Virus record (IMG/VR): IMGVR_UViG_2595698887_000001
From: a virus
Lineage: Duplodnaviria; Heunggongvirae; Uroviricota; Caudoviricetes
Direction: 5' to 3' (one strand)
DNA length: 64,000 nucleotides
Part shown: positions 17,712-27,861 of the stretch, piece by piece
Position numbering within the stretch: position 1 is the stretch's first letter
How the letters are laid out: each line of letters begins with the position of its first letter
Made by a program: the position numbers and the translations under genes
The notes under the pieces: generated by a model
Told to the model about the DNA's origin: nothing
Database searches by the model: none
Seen by the model: the letters and a program-made list of their open reading frames with translations, nothing else

Positions 17712-18266
17712 TTACGAGGTTAGAACAGATTTTGCCTTTTTGTAATAGGCTGTGCGCTCGGCTAGGTGGTTTGTGCCACCGTTTACCAGCTTGGTAATCT
17801 TAACGATATCATCAGCATCGCAAGCGGCGTTGATGTTTCTCATGTCCCAATACCAACCAGCGCTGGCAACTGCATACTTAGGCTGTTCAAGCAGTTCTGG
17901 GTGATTAACGAGGTCTAAACCAAGTGCCTTTCCGCAAGCTTTGTAGTTTGCAAGTCCGGTAACCTGAATCAGGCCTCTCCCCTTGTACTTGGCCCCATCC
18001 CCGTCCTTCTCAGGGGTGTTTCCAAGACGCTTTGCGATAGAGCCAGTGTCATACTTATCAAAGTAGGCGTTGTTACCAAGCTCCTTTACATAACGGAACT
18101 CAGCAGATTCCACACCAACTTGTGACAGGAATCCGGCGATACGTTTGACAGTGTTGATACTGCCCTCCTCAAACAAGTCGTTCAGTGCATCAATGAACTT
18201 GGCATTTCGTCCTGCTGACGCACCTACTGGAAAAATCTTGTTGAGTTGTTCAAGCGTTAGTTTCAA
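17712..18266 (-). CDS. endolysin, glycoside hydrolase family 19 (chitinase-like) fold
   Basis: AGFLSQVGVES, GRGLIQVTG and NY motifs typical of GH19 lysozymes. Confidence 0.65.
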   Translation of the reverse strand: MKLTLEQLNKIFPVGASAGRNAKFIDALNDLFEEGSINTVKRIAGFLSQVGVESAEFRYVKELGNNAYFDKYDTGSIAKRLGNTPEKDGDGAKYKGRGLIQVTGLANYKACGKALGLDLVNHPELLEQPKYAVASAGWYWDMRNINAACDADDIVKITKLVNGGTNHLAERTAYYKKAKSVLTS

Positions 18267-18278
18267 AAGAAGACCTCC

Positions 18279-18710
18279 TTACGGATTAGTCTCTCCTAGT
18301 GCCTCTACAAAAGCCGTTTCAAGCTGGGCGGCAATCCCAGAGATCTTGATGGTAATTCGTTCCTGGTAGATCGCATAAGCCAATTCATGTGGCTCAAGCG
18401 CTTCTTTCAGGAGTGCAACCATCTTATCCATAACCTTTTGCATAACCTCTTCGGAAAGAGCCTTTTTCAGGCGAACCTGTGCGGCATTCAATTCCTTTTC
18501 GAAAGCCGGGTCTTTTGCACCAGACTTCATTTGGCGCATTGCCTCGATCTCGTATTGGGTTTGCTCACTGAACTGATTAATCAGTCGCGGGAATACAAGA
18601 CCAACAAAGTCACGGGCCAGTTGCTCGTGGTCACCAAACAGAATGGTGTCAAGCTCTGACTGTGGCATTGGCACGAACGTTTGTCCTTCTTCATTGATAA
18701 CGTCAGTCAT
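18279..18710 (-). CDS. hypothetical protein
   Basis: 143-aa helical protein. Confidence 0.45.
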   Translation of the reverse strand: MTDVINEEGQTFVPMPQSELDTILFGDHEQLARDFVGLVFPRLINQFSEQTQYEIEAMRQMKSGAKDPAFEKELNAAQVRLKKALSEEVMQKVMDKMVALLKEALEPHELAYAIYQERITIKISGIAAQLETAFVEALGETNP

Positions 18711-18718
18711 AGGTTACC

Positions 18719-18859
18719 TCAGTAGGTGCCACGGGCAGCAGCATCGGCTACCAGTTGCAGAAGTTCGTCTTCGGTAGCACGTTTAGTCTTACGCTTCTTA
18801 CCACGCAGTTCCAGTGCCAGTTCCTTTTGATATGCCTTACGCAGAGTACGTTTGCTCAT
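18719..18859 (-). CDS. small basic protein (46 aa, below cutoff)
   Basis: MSKRTLRKAYQKELALELRGKKRK... follows an AAAGGAGAA RBS. Confidence 0.3.
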   Translation of the reverse strand: MSKRTLRKAYQKELALELRGKKRKTKRATEDELLQLVADAAARGTY

Positions 18860-18936
18860 TATATTCTCCTTTGTGGCCCACCAACAACATGAGGATGGGC
18901 TTAGTTAATCTTATATGGTTTTTAGACGACTGTCAA

Positions 18937-19203
18937 TCAGATGTTATGAGATTTCACAAATGCGATAAACTCATCTGCGGTTCCGATGTACCGCTCACTA
19001 CCACCATCCTCCATAAACACACGAGGGACTGTGGTTGGAACAACAGGAGCACACTTCGCCACCAGTTCTTCCTTCGTGTAGTTCTTGTCGAGGGTCATGT
19101 ACAGGAAGTCAAGATCCTTTGACTTTGCGAACTCTTTCGCACGTACACAGTGGGGGCAATTGTCTTTGCCGTAGATCACGAAGGTATTATCTTTGATGCT
19201 CAT
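18937..19203 (-). CDS. glutaredoxin/NrdH-like redoxin
   Basis: The CPHC active site follows a beta1-strand (FVIYGKDNCPHC). Located near nrdAB. Confidence 0.65.
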   Translation of the reverse strand: MSIKDNTFVIYGKDNCPHCVRAKEFAKSKDLDFLYMTLDKNYTKEELVAKCAPVVPTTVPRVFMEDGGSERYIGTADEFIAFVKSHNI

Positions 19204-19204
19204 A

Positions 19205-19561
19205 TCAATCCTTACTTTTAAAATAGAACACAATTTCCGGAACTTCGTTGGTGAAGTGCAGGTCGAACCCAGATAAGACACCAACATCCTCAAAACCAAG
19301 ATTGTCAGCAAACTCATTCGGGTACTGGATACTGATAGGCATTTCATGACCCAAAAGTTGACGCAGCTTAGGCACCCAAGAGGCAACTCCGCTCAGGAAA
19401 ATTTCCATCTCGAACGTGCCGTTCAGACCACGACGTAAGGAAATCTTACGGTATGGCATGAATCCACTGACCCGTTCACCCCCAAGAAACAGATGTAGTT
19501 TCTGCGGGTCGTAAGCCATTAAGCGAAGTGGTTTTATTGGGGCTTGGTATTCTTTTGTCAT
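19205..19561 (-). CDS. hypothetical protein
   Basis: 118 aa. Confidence 0.45.
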   Translation of the reverse strand: MTKEYQAPIKPLRLMAYDPQKLHLFLGGERVSGFMPYRKISLRRGLNGTFEMEIFLSGVASWVPKLRQLLGHEMPISIQYPNEFADNLGFEDVGVLSGFDLHFTNEVPEIVFYFKSKD

Positions 19562-19570
19562 TTTTTCTCC

Positions 19571-20659
19571 TTAAAAATCCCAGGTTTCACCTTCGGTATC
19601 ATCTACCGCTGCATTGAGGCGATAATCTGTGTTGGTTTGCTCTTGGTTAGCATTCTGCTGTTTACTCGGATTCATCCAGATATCCATGAACGGCAGAGGA
19701 TCGCGTTTTGGAGCCTCGAAATCACGTTCGATACCATAGTAGTCATAGATCGGAGCACAGTTCCAGTCTGTCCAGTCTTTCAGCAACGGAGCATTAAGCC
19801 CGATGATTGCACGTCCCTCACTGAACAGGTAGTCACCCCATGCGTACTCATTGGTGCGAACTTCGTCCAGAATTGCTTTCAGTTCTGGCTTGATAGCGTA
19901 GAAACTATCTTTCCAAACCGGGTCTTTCAACAGGATGTCAATGACACCGAAGTCCATTTTGGTATGCAGCATTTCGTCCAGCATGATTTTTTGAACAAGC
20001 TGACCTACCTGAACGAACACACCCTGTTCAGCCAGAGCAAAGGTACACGCGAAGCTGGAGATGAATTCGATACCCTCAAGGCCAAGCAGAGAGAATAGCG
20101 CTCGCAGAATACCACGACGAATTTCCTCTTTATCAACAGACTCTGGATCGATACGGTATTTTGCACCGAGGATTTCCAGTTCACGCATATACTTGACAAT
20201 CACACCTGAGCGTTCCAGAACTGCCTGGTTGTTCTGAATGTCTTCAATGATCTGACGTGAGTTTGGCAGACACTGACGGACAATATCAGAATACGTTAAA
20301 GCATGAAGAACTTCAATCTCAGATTGCTTCATCATCATAGCAAACAGTTCACTATTGGTGATGAATGGTGCGAACAGACAGATAATCGCCTGTGCTGCAA
20401 CGCTATCCGCTTCCCACTGCCACATGATCGTTTGTACCATGACATCGTAGGTGGATTTGCTACAGGTTGCGAAATCAGTGATGGATTGGTTCAGTTCAAC
20501 CTCATCTTCAGACCAGTCCTGCTCTTTCTGCTTTTTGTACAGGTCGAACAGTTGTGGGTACTTTTTGTTGATGGAGTCATACATCCCCATTTGCTGCCCC
20601 AAGAACAGCGGGTAGTCACCAGTTTTATGAGCGGTGTTCTCAACGTTAAATACAGCCAT
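19571..20659 (-). CDS. nrdB: ribonucleotide reductase class Ia beta subunit
   Basis: Ferritin-like R2 sequence with iron ligands (E..H, FEG) and the C-terminal tail. MAVFNV follows a GGGAG RBS. Confidence 0.85.
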   Translation of the reverse strand: MAVFNVENTAHKTGDYPLFLGQQMGMYDSINKKYPQLFDLYKKQKEQDWSEDEVELNQSITDFATCSKSTYDVMVQTIMWQWEADSVAAQAIICLFAPFITNSELFAMMMKQSEIEVLHALTYSDIVRQCLPNSRQIIEDIQNNQAVLERSGVIVKYMRELEILGAKYRIDPESVDKEEIRRGILRALFSLLGLEGIEFISSFACTFALAEQGVFVQVGQLVQKIMLDEMLHTKMDFGVIDILLKDPVWKDSFYAIKPELKAILDEVRTNEYAWGDYLFSEGRAIIGLNAPLLKDWTDWNCAPIYDYYGIERDFEAPKRDPLPFMDIWMNPSKQQNANQEQTNTDYRLNAAVDDTEGETWDF

Positions 20660-20697
20660 TATTCTCCCTCGAAAACGGGGCCGAAGCCCCATAAGAA

Positions 20698-23013
20698 TTA
20701 CAATGCACAACCTTCACAGTACGGATCTTCAACCGAGTTGTCTGCAATCAGCGGGTAGTCCTTGCGGGTCTCTTCCTCTGCTTGCTTCTTCGCCTGAAGC
20801 TCTGCGGTCAGGGAGTCACCAGCACCAACCTTAGAGTTCAGGTAGTACCAGGTCTTCATCCCCATTTTAGTCGCACGGATCAGGTAACCAATCTGGTCCT
20901 TCATCGAAATCTTCCCGTCTTTCAACTGGGTGTAGTCGATGTAGAGGTCAGCACTGATAGCCTGCCCTGCAAACTTCTGGATCACCGCGTAAACGTCGAT
21001 CAGGTCGTTGCTGCTAATGTCCCATGCTGAGGTGTAGTAATCCTTCAGCGCTTCGTACTCTGGAACAATAAACAGTACAGATCCTTGTGGAGACTTCTTG
21101 AAGATGATGTGATCACGCACCGGGTAAAGCCCGTTTGTGGTATTGGTTGCCAGAGAGGAACTCTCATTTGGCATATAAGCTTCCAACACACTATTGCGGA
21201 TACCACCGTTCTTGATAATCTCCTGGCGAAGAGATTCCCAGTCCTGCTTCAGACTTGGGTCTTTCACCACACTATCAACTGCTTTGTTATAGGTGTCGAT
21301 AGGCAACCATCCCTGTGGGTACTTGGTTTTGTTCATCCAAGGTGCAACACCACGTTCTTTTGCCAGTCGCAGGCTTGCCTTGTGCAGGCTGAAGCTGTGC
21401 AGTTCTGCAAGATCGTGAACCAACTGCTTACTCTCCGGAGAGCCATACGCGACCTTATGCTTCGCGATATAGTGAGCAAGGTTTGTCAGGCCAACACCAA
21501 TTGAACGACGAGACTTGGCAGTGTGCTCCATGTTCTCATACGGATAATCCATGATATCCATAACGTTGTCGATCATCAGGACGGTGTAGTAAGCCACATC
21601 CTCGTACTCTTCCGGAGATACTCGTCCAGCCACCAGAGAGGACAGGAAGCATAATGCAACCTCACCATCATCTGCAAGAGGATCAAAGATATTTCGCATA
21701 TCCTTATAACCCTTGGTTGGTAGACAGATTTCCTGACACAGGTTAGAGGAGTAAATTGTCTCCAGGAACGGTGTGTGTCGGTTCATTTCATCGGGCCAGT
21801 ACACATACAGGCGACCAGTTTCTGCTCGTTGAGTGATTAGCTCTAAAGCCAGATCGCGAGCCTTAACCCAGGTCTTAGGAATCTTTTTGTCAGCAGCCAC
21901 ACGAGCAACTTCTGCATCAAATTCCTGCATGGTCATCTTAAACATACCCTCGTGCAACTGAGGAGCATCCTTGTAAGAGACCAGCATCCAGTCAAGGTTC
22001 TTAGCTACACGGTTCATGAACGACTGGTTGATACCGATGGAGTAATCCATTGTGTTGATACGCTTCGACGTTACAGTCTGCGGGTTTTTAAGTCGCATCA
22101 GTTCATCGATCTGCGGATCAAGCGCAAGGAATGAAATCGTTGCACTGCCACCACGGGTTGACTGGCGGTTCTCTTTCACCCCGGCATCAATGCCACGGTA
22201 ATAAGGTAGTTTACCCATGTGTTTGATCGTATTGCCACGAACACCATCACCAATCGAACGGGAGGATAGGTAATAACCAATCCCCGCCTGTGCAACTGTC
22301 ATGGTGTATGCCACTTCACGAGCAACACCAATACTCTTGGCGGTATCGTCTGCCTTAATGATGCAGCAAGACGCATAACCAGTGCGCCCGGTACGCAGGC
22401 CGTTCAGATACGGTGTTGGGGCATTGATCTTCAGGTCAGAGAGGTAAGTGTACAACTGGATCACATCGTTAATACGACGATCCTTTGGCATACGCTTCAT
22501 CACTGCCATCGCGATACCCATGAACATCATCTGCGGGGATTCAAACAGAACATCGTTGATGTTGTCCTTGATACCGTACTTGTCACGGAACTGCTTCAGA
22601 ACAGCATAGCCGTAATCAAGGTCTTTCGAGTGATTGATAACTGTTTCCAGCTTAACCAGGTCGAAAGAGTCATACCCCATATCTTCCCAGTAGCCGATAC
22701 TGGTCATGTAATGGTAGAAGTTAAACAGCGTAGGGATCTTTGTGAAGCCACCATACGCCTCTTTGTAGATCTGCCCGATGAGCACACGCCCAGCCATGCG
22801 GGAGTGGGCTTCATCTTTACGACTTACACAAGCGTCGATCAATGCCTGGTTTACTTCACGAGTGGTGCATCCATCATAAAGGCGCTTATACGCGTCCATA
22901 GAGATGTGGGACCAGTTACCATTGCCGTCATCACCAAAGATTGCTGCTTTGTTCAGACGTTCCGGTTCAAAAGGAACACTAGATCCATCACTCTTTACAA
23001 CTGTATTGATCAA
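20698..23013 (-). CDS. nrdA: ribonucleotide reductase class Ia alpha subunit
   Basis: 771 aa with an ATP-cone N-terminus, the 10-strand barrel motifs and a C-terminal Cys pair. It has a TTG start. Confidence 0.9.
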   Translation of the reverse strand: MINTVVKSDGSSVPFEPERLNKAAIFGDDGNGNWSHISMDAYKRLYDGCTTREVNQALIDACVSRKDEAHSRMAGRVLIGQIYKEAYGGFTKIPTLFNFYHYMTSIGYWEDMGYDSFDLVKLETVINHSKDLDYGYAVLKQFRDKYGIKDNINDVLFESPQMMFMGIAMAVMKRMPKDRRINDVIQLYTYLSDLKINAPTPYLNGLRTGRTGYASCCIIKADDTAKSIGVAREVAYTMTVAQAGIGYYLSSRSIGDGVRGNTIKHMGKLPYYRGIDAGVKENRQSTRGGSATISFLALDPQIDELMRLKNPQTVTSKRINTMDYSIGINQSFMNRVAKNLDWMLVSYKDAPQLHEGMFKMTMQEFDAEVARVAADKKIPKTWVKARDLALELITQRAETGRLYVYWPDEMNRHTPFLETIYSSNLCQEICLPTKGYKDMRNIFDPLADDGEVALCFLSSLVAGRVSPEEYEDVAYYTVLMIDNVMDIMDYPYENMEHTAKSRRSIGVGLTNLAHYIAKHKVAYGSPESKQLVHDLAELHSFSLHKASLRLAKERGVAPWMNKTKYPQGWLPIDTYNKAVDSVVKDPSLKQDWESLRQEIIKNGGIRNSVLEAYMPNESSSLATNTTNGLYPVRDHIIFKKSPQGSVLFIVPEYEALKDYYTSAWDISSNDLIDVYAVIQKFAGQAISADLYIDYTQLKDGKISMKDQIGYLIRATKMGMKTWYYLNSKVGAGDSLTAELQAKKQAEEETRKDYPLIADNSVEDPYCEGCAL

Positions 23014-23022
23014 ACTTTCTCC

Positions 23023-23253
23023 TTATTTTTCTTCGAATTGAGCAAGATACTTGTCAGCTTCATCAACTTCCTCATCTTGAGGAGCATCTTCAGATGGAGC
23101 GGTGACGTTGATTATTTTACCAGAATATTGATCATAGTAAACATCATCGTACATCTTACTGTCATCGGTCAAATCATTGAAGTAGAGCCACCCGGCGTAG
23201 TGATGCTTATCATCGAAGCCACGGTCTTTCCACTTGGTCTTCTCTTTACTCAT
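23023..23253 (-). CDS. hypothetical acidic protein
   Basis: 76 aa. Confidence 0.4.
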   Translation of the reverse strand: MSKEKTKWKDRGFDDKHHYAGWLYFNDLTDDSKMYDDVYYDQYSGKIINVTAPSEDAPQDEEVDEADKYLAQFEEK

Positions 23254-23729
23254 TAGTCCCCCAGACCAAATGCGTCACTCAGACGTGCTTCATCTTCACT
23301 ATTGAACGTAATATCGAACGAATCTGGGCGATCACCACGTTTGGTGTACTTACGGGTGTTAACTTTTTCATTCACCGGGATGTCGTATGGCAAGTCGATA
23401 ACGAACTCCATGTCTCGTTCCGAATACACACCAACATCGAGGATGTCAACTCCGTTATAGATTTTTGCATACGGATAATCCGGACGCATGTCACCAACAA
23501 AGATCGTGGTCTTACGGTACAGATAGGGCAAATTAGCACATCGTACATTTTTGTTGTTAAGCATAGTTACTTGCTTAGGATTACCCTCACTGTCGGAGAC
23601 TTGGAATCCCACTGCATACAGGGCAGCACGGAGTCCACTTTCTTGTGTCACATCGAATCCAGGTACTGTTCTCAGGAAGTCCAAAGTGACCGAAATGTGT
23701 TGGGTAGGTTTGCGTTTTGTTTTACTCAT
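23253..23729 (-). CDS. hypothetical protein
   Basis: MSKTKRK follows GGAGAA. Confidence 0.45.
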   Translation of the reverse strand: MSKTKRKPTQHISVTLDFLRTVPGFDVTQESGLRAALYAVGFQVSDSEGNPKQVTMLNNKNVRCANLPYLYRKTTIFVGDMRPDYPYAKIYNGVDILDVGVYSERDMEFVIDLPYDIPVNEKVNTRKYTKRGDRPDSFDITFNSEDEARLSDAFGLGD

Positions 23730-23810
23730 GTATTCTCCATTCTGCCTATAATCGGGGAGAAACTCTCCCCGCAATTCATACAACCAAGATACGGATTACT
23801 GGAACCTTTG

Positions 23811-24809
23811 TCAACCGGAAACTACGTTGTTAGGAACTAACTGGCGATGTTGTATCCACCCACAGAAGTTGCCTGACCAGAATGTTCCGTTTCGATCAAC
23901 ATGGGTGATGCCTTTCTCCCAAGAGTCAGGTTCACGAGGGAAGTTGATATGTCCGATTGTAAGATAATCAGAGTTTTCAATCTCACGGTACTCCTGCATA
24001 GGGGTGGCCTGATGTTCGAACGGAGAAGCGTGTACCTTATTACCGCTCAAAAGCTTCCCATAAATGTCCAGCGCCTTATCTTTTGTGTTGTTCAGAACTC
24101 GGTAAGAGACCTGAGCACAACACGAGGCAGATATTGCCTTTGCTTCCTCTACGGTAAGCATAACAGGCTTATCTTCTTCGTCAAGAACGCAATACCCAAC
24201 AAACACCACACACTCTTTATCGTCAATGTCTTCGAACTCGTAGACGTGATCAACATACGGGGTGTGCCATTGTCCAGGTTCAAGCAGTTCAGGCAAAGAT
24301 TCATCAAACGCCTTCTTCATGGCCTCAGCCAATGCAAAGATCGTCGGATCTGCATCTTTATCTACACGCAACCACCAGAAGTTCTCGAAGTCAGTTGCAG
24401 TCAGAACCGTTTTCATGCGCTGGAAAGGCTCCAGAAGACGGTTGGCAATTTGTTTGTGATAACCAGCATCTGCAAAGCCTTCAGCAAATCGTGCTGCGCT
24501 TAATCCTGCTAAACCCCACCAGGTTTGAGGCTCGTAACCAGCGTCGATCAATTCATTATGATCACCAGCATCTTGCATACCCGGTTGGTTCTTACCGAAT
24601 TTCACAGGCATTGCCGGATTCTGTTGCACCTGCTCAATCATCTTCTTGATCGGGATTGCACGGCTGCTCATGGCATTACGACTAAACAGTCGGTGCGTCA
24701 TCAATTCGCTGTGAATGATACGCGGGTACTCAAGCTCAAAGGTTGTAATACGTTGTCCCTGCGGTGAAATGCTATCCGCTACTACGCGAGCGATTACAGC
24801 CTCTGTCAT
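23811..24809 (-). CDS. thyX: ThyX-like flavin-dependent thymidylate synthase (with C-terminal extension)
   Basis: THRLFSRNAMSSR fits the ThyX motif RHRxxSxxxxSxR with spacing preserved. 332 aa. Confidence 0.55.
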   Translation of the reverse strand: MTEAVIARVVADSISPQGQRITTFELEYPRIIHSELMTHRLFSRNAMSSRAIPIKKMIEQVQQNPAMPVKFGKNQPGMQDAGDHNELIDAGYEPQTWWGLAGLSAARFAEGFADAGYHKQIANRLLEPFQRMKTVLTATDFENFWWLRVDKDADPTIFALAEAMKKAFDESLPELLEPGQWHTPYVDHVYEFEDIDDKECVVFVGYCVLDEEDKPVMLTVEEAKAISASCCAQVSYRVLNNTKDKALDIYGKLLSGNKVHASPFEHQATPMQEYREIENSDYLTIGHINFPREPDSWEKGITHVDRNGTFWSGNFCGWIQHRQLVPNNVVSG

Positions 24810-25132
24810 TACTTAGCCCCTTCTTGCAGTTTTTTCAGGATGTTCTCTTTATTGGCTTCCATTACTTTACCAACTGCTTCCTCTACAACCTTTTCAAGGA
24901 TCGCGGTGCGATCAGCGAAGCGTTGCTGGAATGCGATCATTTCTTCAGCTTCTTCTGCGGTGAAAATACCGAGATACGCTTCAGTGATCAGGCGGTTAAT
25001 GAAATCGGCATCAAGGCCCATATCTGCTGCGGTGATACCGTAAGCGTCCAGACCCATTACCTGTGGGACTTTATCCACACGGCGCTGTAACTCATTGGTC
25101 AGGATGTCGAAAGATTCTTGTTTTAAAGTCAT
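24809..25132 (-). CDS. hypothetical protein
   Basis: 107 aa. Confidence 0.4.
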   Translation of the reverse strand: MTLKQESFDILTNELQRRVDKVPQVMGLDAYGITAADMGLDADFINRLITEAYLGIFTAEEAEEMIAFQQRFADRTAILEKVVEEAVGKVMEANKENILKKLQEGAK

Positions 25133-25322
25133 TTGCCTCTCCTTTTGATTCGGTATGGTGTTTCAGGACTCATGTTTGCCTTGAACACCAAATATCGTGT
25201 CAGGATGTCCTGACACATGTCACTTGTGGCTTTGAAGGATATGAGGAAAGTTCCATCCTCGGTGAACACTTCCACCCAATCCCCGTAGTGGACAACAAAG
25301 TCTCCTGTGGGGCATCTCTTCA

Positions 25323-25925
25323 TTACGCAATGTCCAGAACGAACTTACGGATTTCATCCCAGTTGTCGGTCTCAAGGTCAATCGAGACACGAAGCTCTTC
25401 GGACTGATCATATGGTGTCTTGAACTTAATCTTGATAACCTCTGGTCCAAACTGGTTCAGGAACTCGTTACGGTCATCAATGATGACATCGAGTTTGATA
25501 CCCGCCTTGTTCTTTGTCGCATAGAATCCGTGGCCTGAGCCTGGCTCAATACTGAAAAACTCTTCAGTTTCACGTTTCAGGAATCGAACCTTAGACGAGA
25601 AGTGGCCTTTCTTGCAGTAAGATACAAATTGGTTGAAGTGTCCTGCTTCAGCCCAAGCTGCTACTGCCTCAACTGCACCAGGCAGAGGTTTCAGTTTATC
25701 ATACAGGTATGGGTCTTCCCAGAACTCGTATGGTGGAACCTGATTTACCTTTGCAGGTGGAAAATACTTGGAAACGTTGTAATAAAACTTTCCTTGCGGG
25801 TTTTTAGGTGGGAGGCAAAGGTCTGCCTTCACACCATAAACCTGCTCCATCCATTGAATCCAGGGAGTACCTGAATCCACAAAAGTAAGGTCAACATCAA
25901 TACCGATATTCAGCGGTTTACGCAT
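25323..25925 (-). CDS. HAD-superfamily 5'(3')-deoxyribonucleotidase-like
   Basis: IGIDVDLT is a DxDxT motif I. Located in the nucleotide-metabolism cluster. Confidence 0.5.
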   Translation of the reverse strand: MRKPLNIGIDVDLTFVDSGTPWIQWMEQVYGVKADLCLPPKNPQGKFYYNVSKYFPPAKVNQVPPYEFWEDPYLYDKLKPLPGAVEAVAAWAEAGHFNQFVSYCKKGHFSSKVRFLKRETEEFFSIEPGSGHGFYATKNKAGIKLDVIIDDRNEFLNQFGPEVIKIKFKTPYDQSEELRVSIDLETDNWDEIRKFVLDIA

Positions 25926-26523
25926 TCTCTTCTCCGTAGCTAATAGTCCTCGCCCATTCGAGAACCTCTTCAGCACAGTCTATCATACCGCCCTCTTTGT
26001 TGTCAAAGTCACGTTCGTGGCCTCTGATACCTTCGAGGTACAACCAGTTACGACTGTCATTACCCCAATCATAACCTTTGCGGTGGATACGTGCAAGGAA
26101 GAATTCACCACCTGTGGAATAAGCGTAATCAGAAAGTTCCTTGATCTCTTCAGCAAAACCACCATCGGAGAATACAATTACCTCGTCGTTGGCATAATTC
26201 TGCTTCAGCTTCTCAACAGCAGCCTTACCAAAAGCAGATTTACCGAACAGAGGCTTAATTACCTTCTCTGAGCAATGGATCATCCACTCACGAGGTGAAA
26301 CGAAGAAACCATCGATCATCAGATATGGTGTCGGCTTCTCTTTGTAACGCCGGGTATACAGAGAATCCCATAATTCGCGAGAGATGCCAGCACTACGTAC
26401 AGCAACCTCAAACAGAAGCTCTTTGACCTCTTCGTGGTTGATGTTTGGATTTCCCTTGCACAGATAGGCAGAAATTTCATCTTTACCGCTCTGTGGTGGG
26501 GCATTAAGAACTATAATATCCAA
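25918..26523 (-). CDS. P-loop deoxynucleoside monophosphate kinase-like
   Basis: The N-terminal VLNAPPQSGKDE is a P-loop resembling the T4 gp1 SGKDT motif. Confidence 0.45.
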   Translation of the reverse strand: MDIIVLNAPPQSGKDEISAYLCKGNPNINHEEVKELLFEVAVRSAGISRELWDSLYTRRYKEKPTPYLMIDGFFVSPREWMIHCSEKVIKPLFGKSAFGKAAVEKLKQNYANDEVIVFSDGGFAEEIKELSDYAYSTGGEFFLARIHRKGYDWGNDSRNWLYLEGIRGHERDFDNKEGGMIDCAEEVLEWARTISYGEENA

Positions 26524-26529
26524 TCTTCT

Positions 26530-26550
26530 CTCCTTTACAAAAGGGCCGAA
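26530..26550 (-). terminator. intrinsic terminator (AAGGGC-UUCG-GCCCUU)
   Basis: Hairpin with a T-run on the minus strand, 3' of the exonuclease gene. Confidence 0.5.
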
Positions 26551-26554
26551 GCCC

Positions 26555-27529
26555 TTAAATGATATTCACAAGCGTGTTAGCCATTTCTTCCTTGGTACGG
26601 ATGTTACGGCGGTCACGCATCACCGAACCACAGCACTCACAACGGTATGCCTGGAACTTAGAAAGGTATGTAGTACCTACCTTACCCGGCATTTCCACAA
26701 CCTGATCAGAGTTACAACGAACACAGCGTAGAACTTGGTTGTCGTCTTCCTCATTGAACAGGGTCACGTTAGGGTGTTTCTTCATGAAAGGTCTTACTTT
26801 CAAGTAGATACCTTCAAGTGTTGGAATATCACCGATGTTATAGAATTCCATTTCCTCAAATGCCTCGATCTCCCCGTGGAAACAACGAATCCACAATGTA
26901 ATACCCTCATGGTGGCGCTTACGTGCGTCCAGTTGGAAGTAATTACATGCGGCCTCTAGAGCATTAGAGGGCAAGGAGAATGCCGACTTCAGTTCTGCAA
27001 GCGTATCTATCACAATGTACGGAGATGGTGGTTTCATTCCGTGGAATGCGAAACGCTGGTTAGCCCAACCCTTATCGAAACGAGCATTGTGTGCAATGAA
27101 GATGTCACACTCATCCAGGATATGCCACAGTTCTTCAACCAGTTCTCGGTCGTCATGGATATCTGTTTTGAAAGTTTCGTAGTCCGGGAGTTTGCGACTG
27201 ATGATCGCCGGGTTATCCAACCACTTACCCGCCCATGTCAGCATGTATGGCTCGTGCTCAACGTGGGAAGGTGTTACAAATGCCTTGAATCGGTTAAAGA
27301 CCCAAGCCAAGGTCGCAGAGACCTCTACGTCACCCAAGAAGATCTTCGCTCCCGGATTACGTGCAACTGTCTCGGTAATTACCTGAGCCGCCTGCTTATC
27401 ATACTCGTGAGCCTTCAGGATCAGACGGATGTGTGATTCCTTACTCTCTTTCCCAAGATAACGACGAGCAATTTCACGGTTACTCAGACCTTTCGCTTTT
27501 AAATCAAGGATTTCTTCTGCACTCAGCAT
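26555..27529 (-). CDS. DEDDh 3'-5' exonuclease with N-terminal HTH and C-terminal zinc ribbon
   Basis: FLGDVEVS (Exo I), FIAHNARFD (Exo II), and a C-terminal CxxC...CxxC. Confidence 0.6.
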   Translation of the reverse strand: MLSAEEILDLKAKGLSNREIARRYLGKESKESHIRLILKAHEYDKQAAQVITETVARNPGAKIFLGDVEVSATLAWVFNRFKAFVTPSHVEHEPYMLTWAGKWLDNPAIISRKLPDYETFKTDIHDDRELVEELWHILDECDIFIAHNARFDKGWANQRFAFHGMKPPSPYIVIDTLAELKSAFSLPSNALEAACNYFQLDARKRHHEGITLWIRCFHGEIEAFEEMEFYNIGDIPTLEGIYLKVRPFMKKHPNVTLFNEEDDNQVLRCVRCNSDQVVEMPGKVGTTYLSKFQAYRCECCGSVMRDRRNIRTKEEMANTLVNII

Positions 27530-27861
27530 TACACCTCTCGGATAAATTCAACAATATCATTCACAGCAAAGTCTCGCACGGCATCTTTCTCGACATCATA
27601 TGCCTTGATCATCCATTGAGGCTCTTTGTGAAACTCTGTGGACCCATACCACATCACCGGGTCCATAACGGTTCGATAACCGTATTCCCCGCGCCAGTTC
27701 TTGTAATAGAACTTCAGGGACTTACTAAAATTATTCAGCAAATCTTTCCTCCGTCTGTCTGACAAACTCCGTAAGGTAAAGTGTAATGCTTTCGTGTTTT
27801 TGAGTCCCTTTCGGGATGATGAGGCCGAGATCCGACTCAGCCCTTTCAATGATCTTCTCAT
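27529..27861 (-). CDS. hypothetical protein (start uncertain)
   Basis: Overlaps the upstream gene by 130 nt. An AAGGA precedes the first ATG. Confidence 0.25.
   Translation of the reverse strand: MRRSLKGLSRISASSSRKGLKNTKALHFTLRSLSDRRRKDLLNNFSKSLKFYYKNWRGEYGYRTVMDPVMWYGSTEFHKEPQWMIKAYDVEKDAVRDFAVNDIVEFIREV

Noticed and set aside
19544-20098. 184-aa plus-strand ORF
   Set aside because: Antisense to nrdB.
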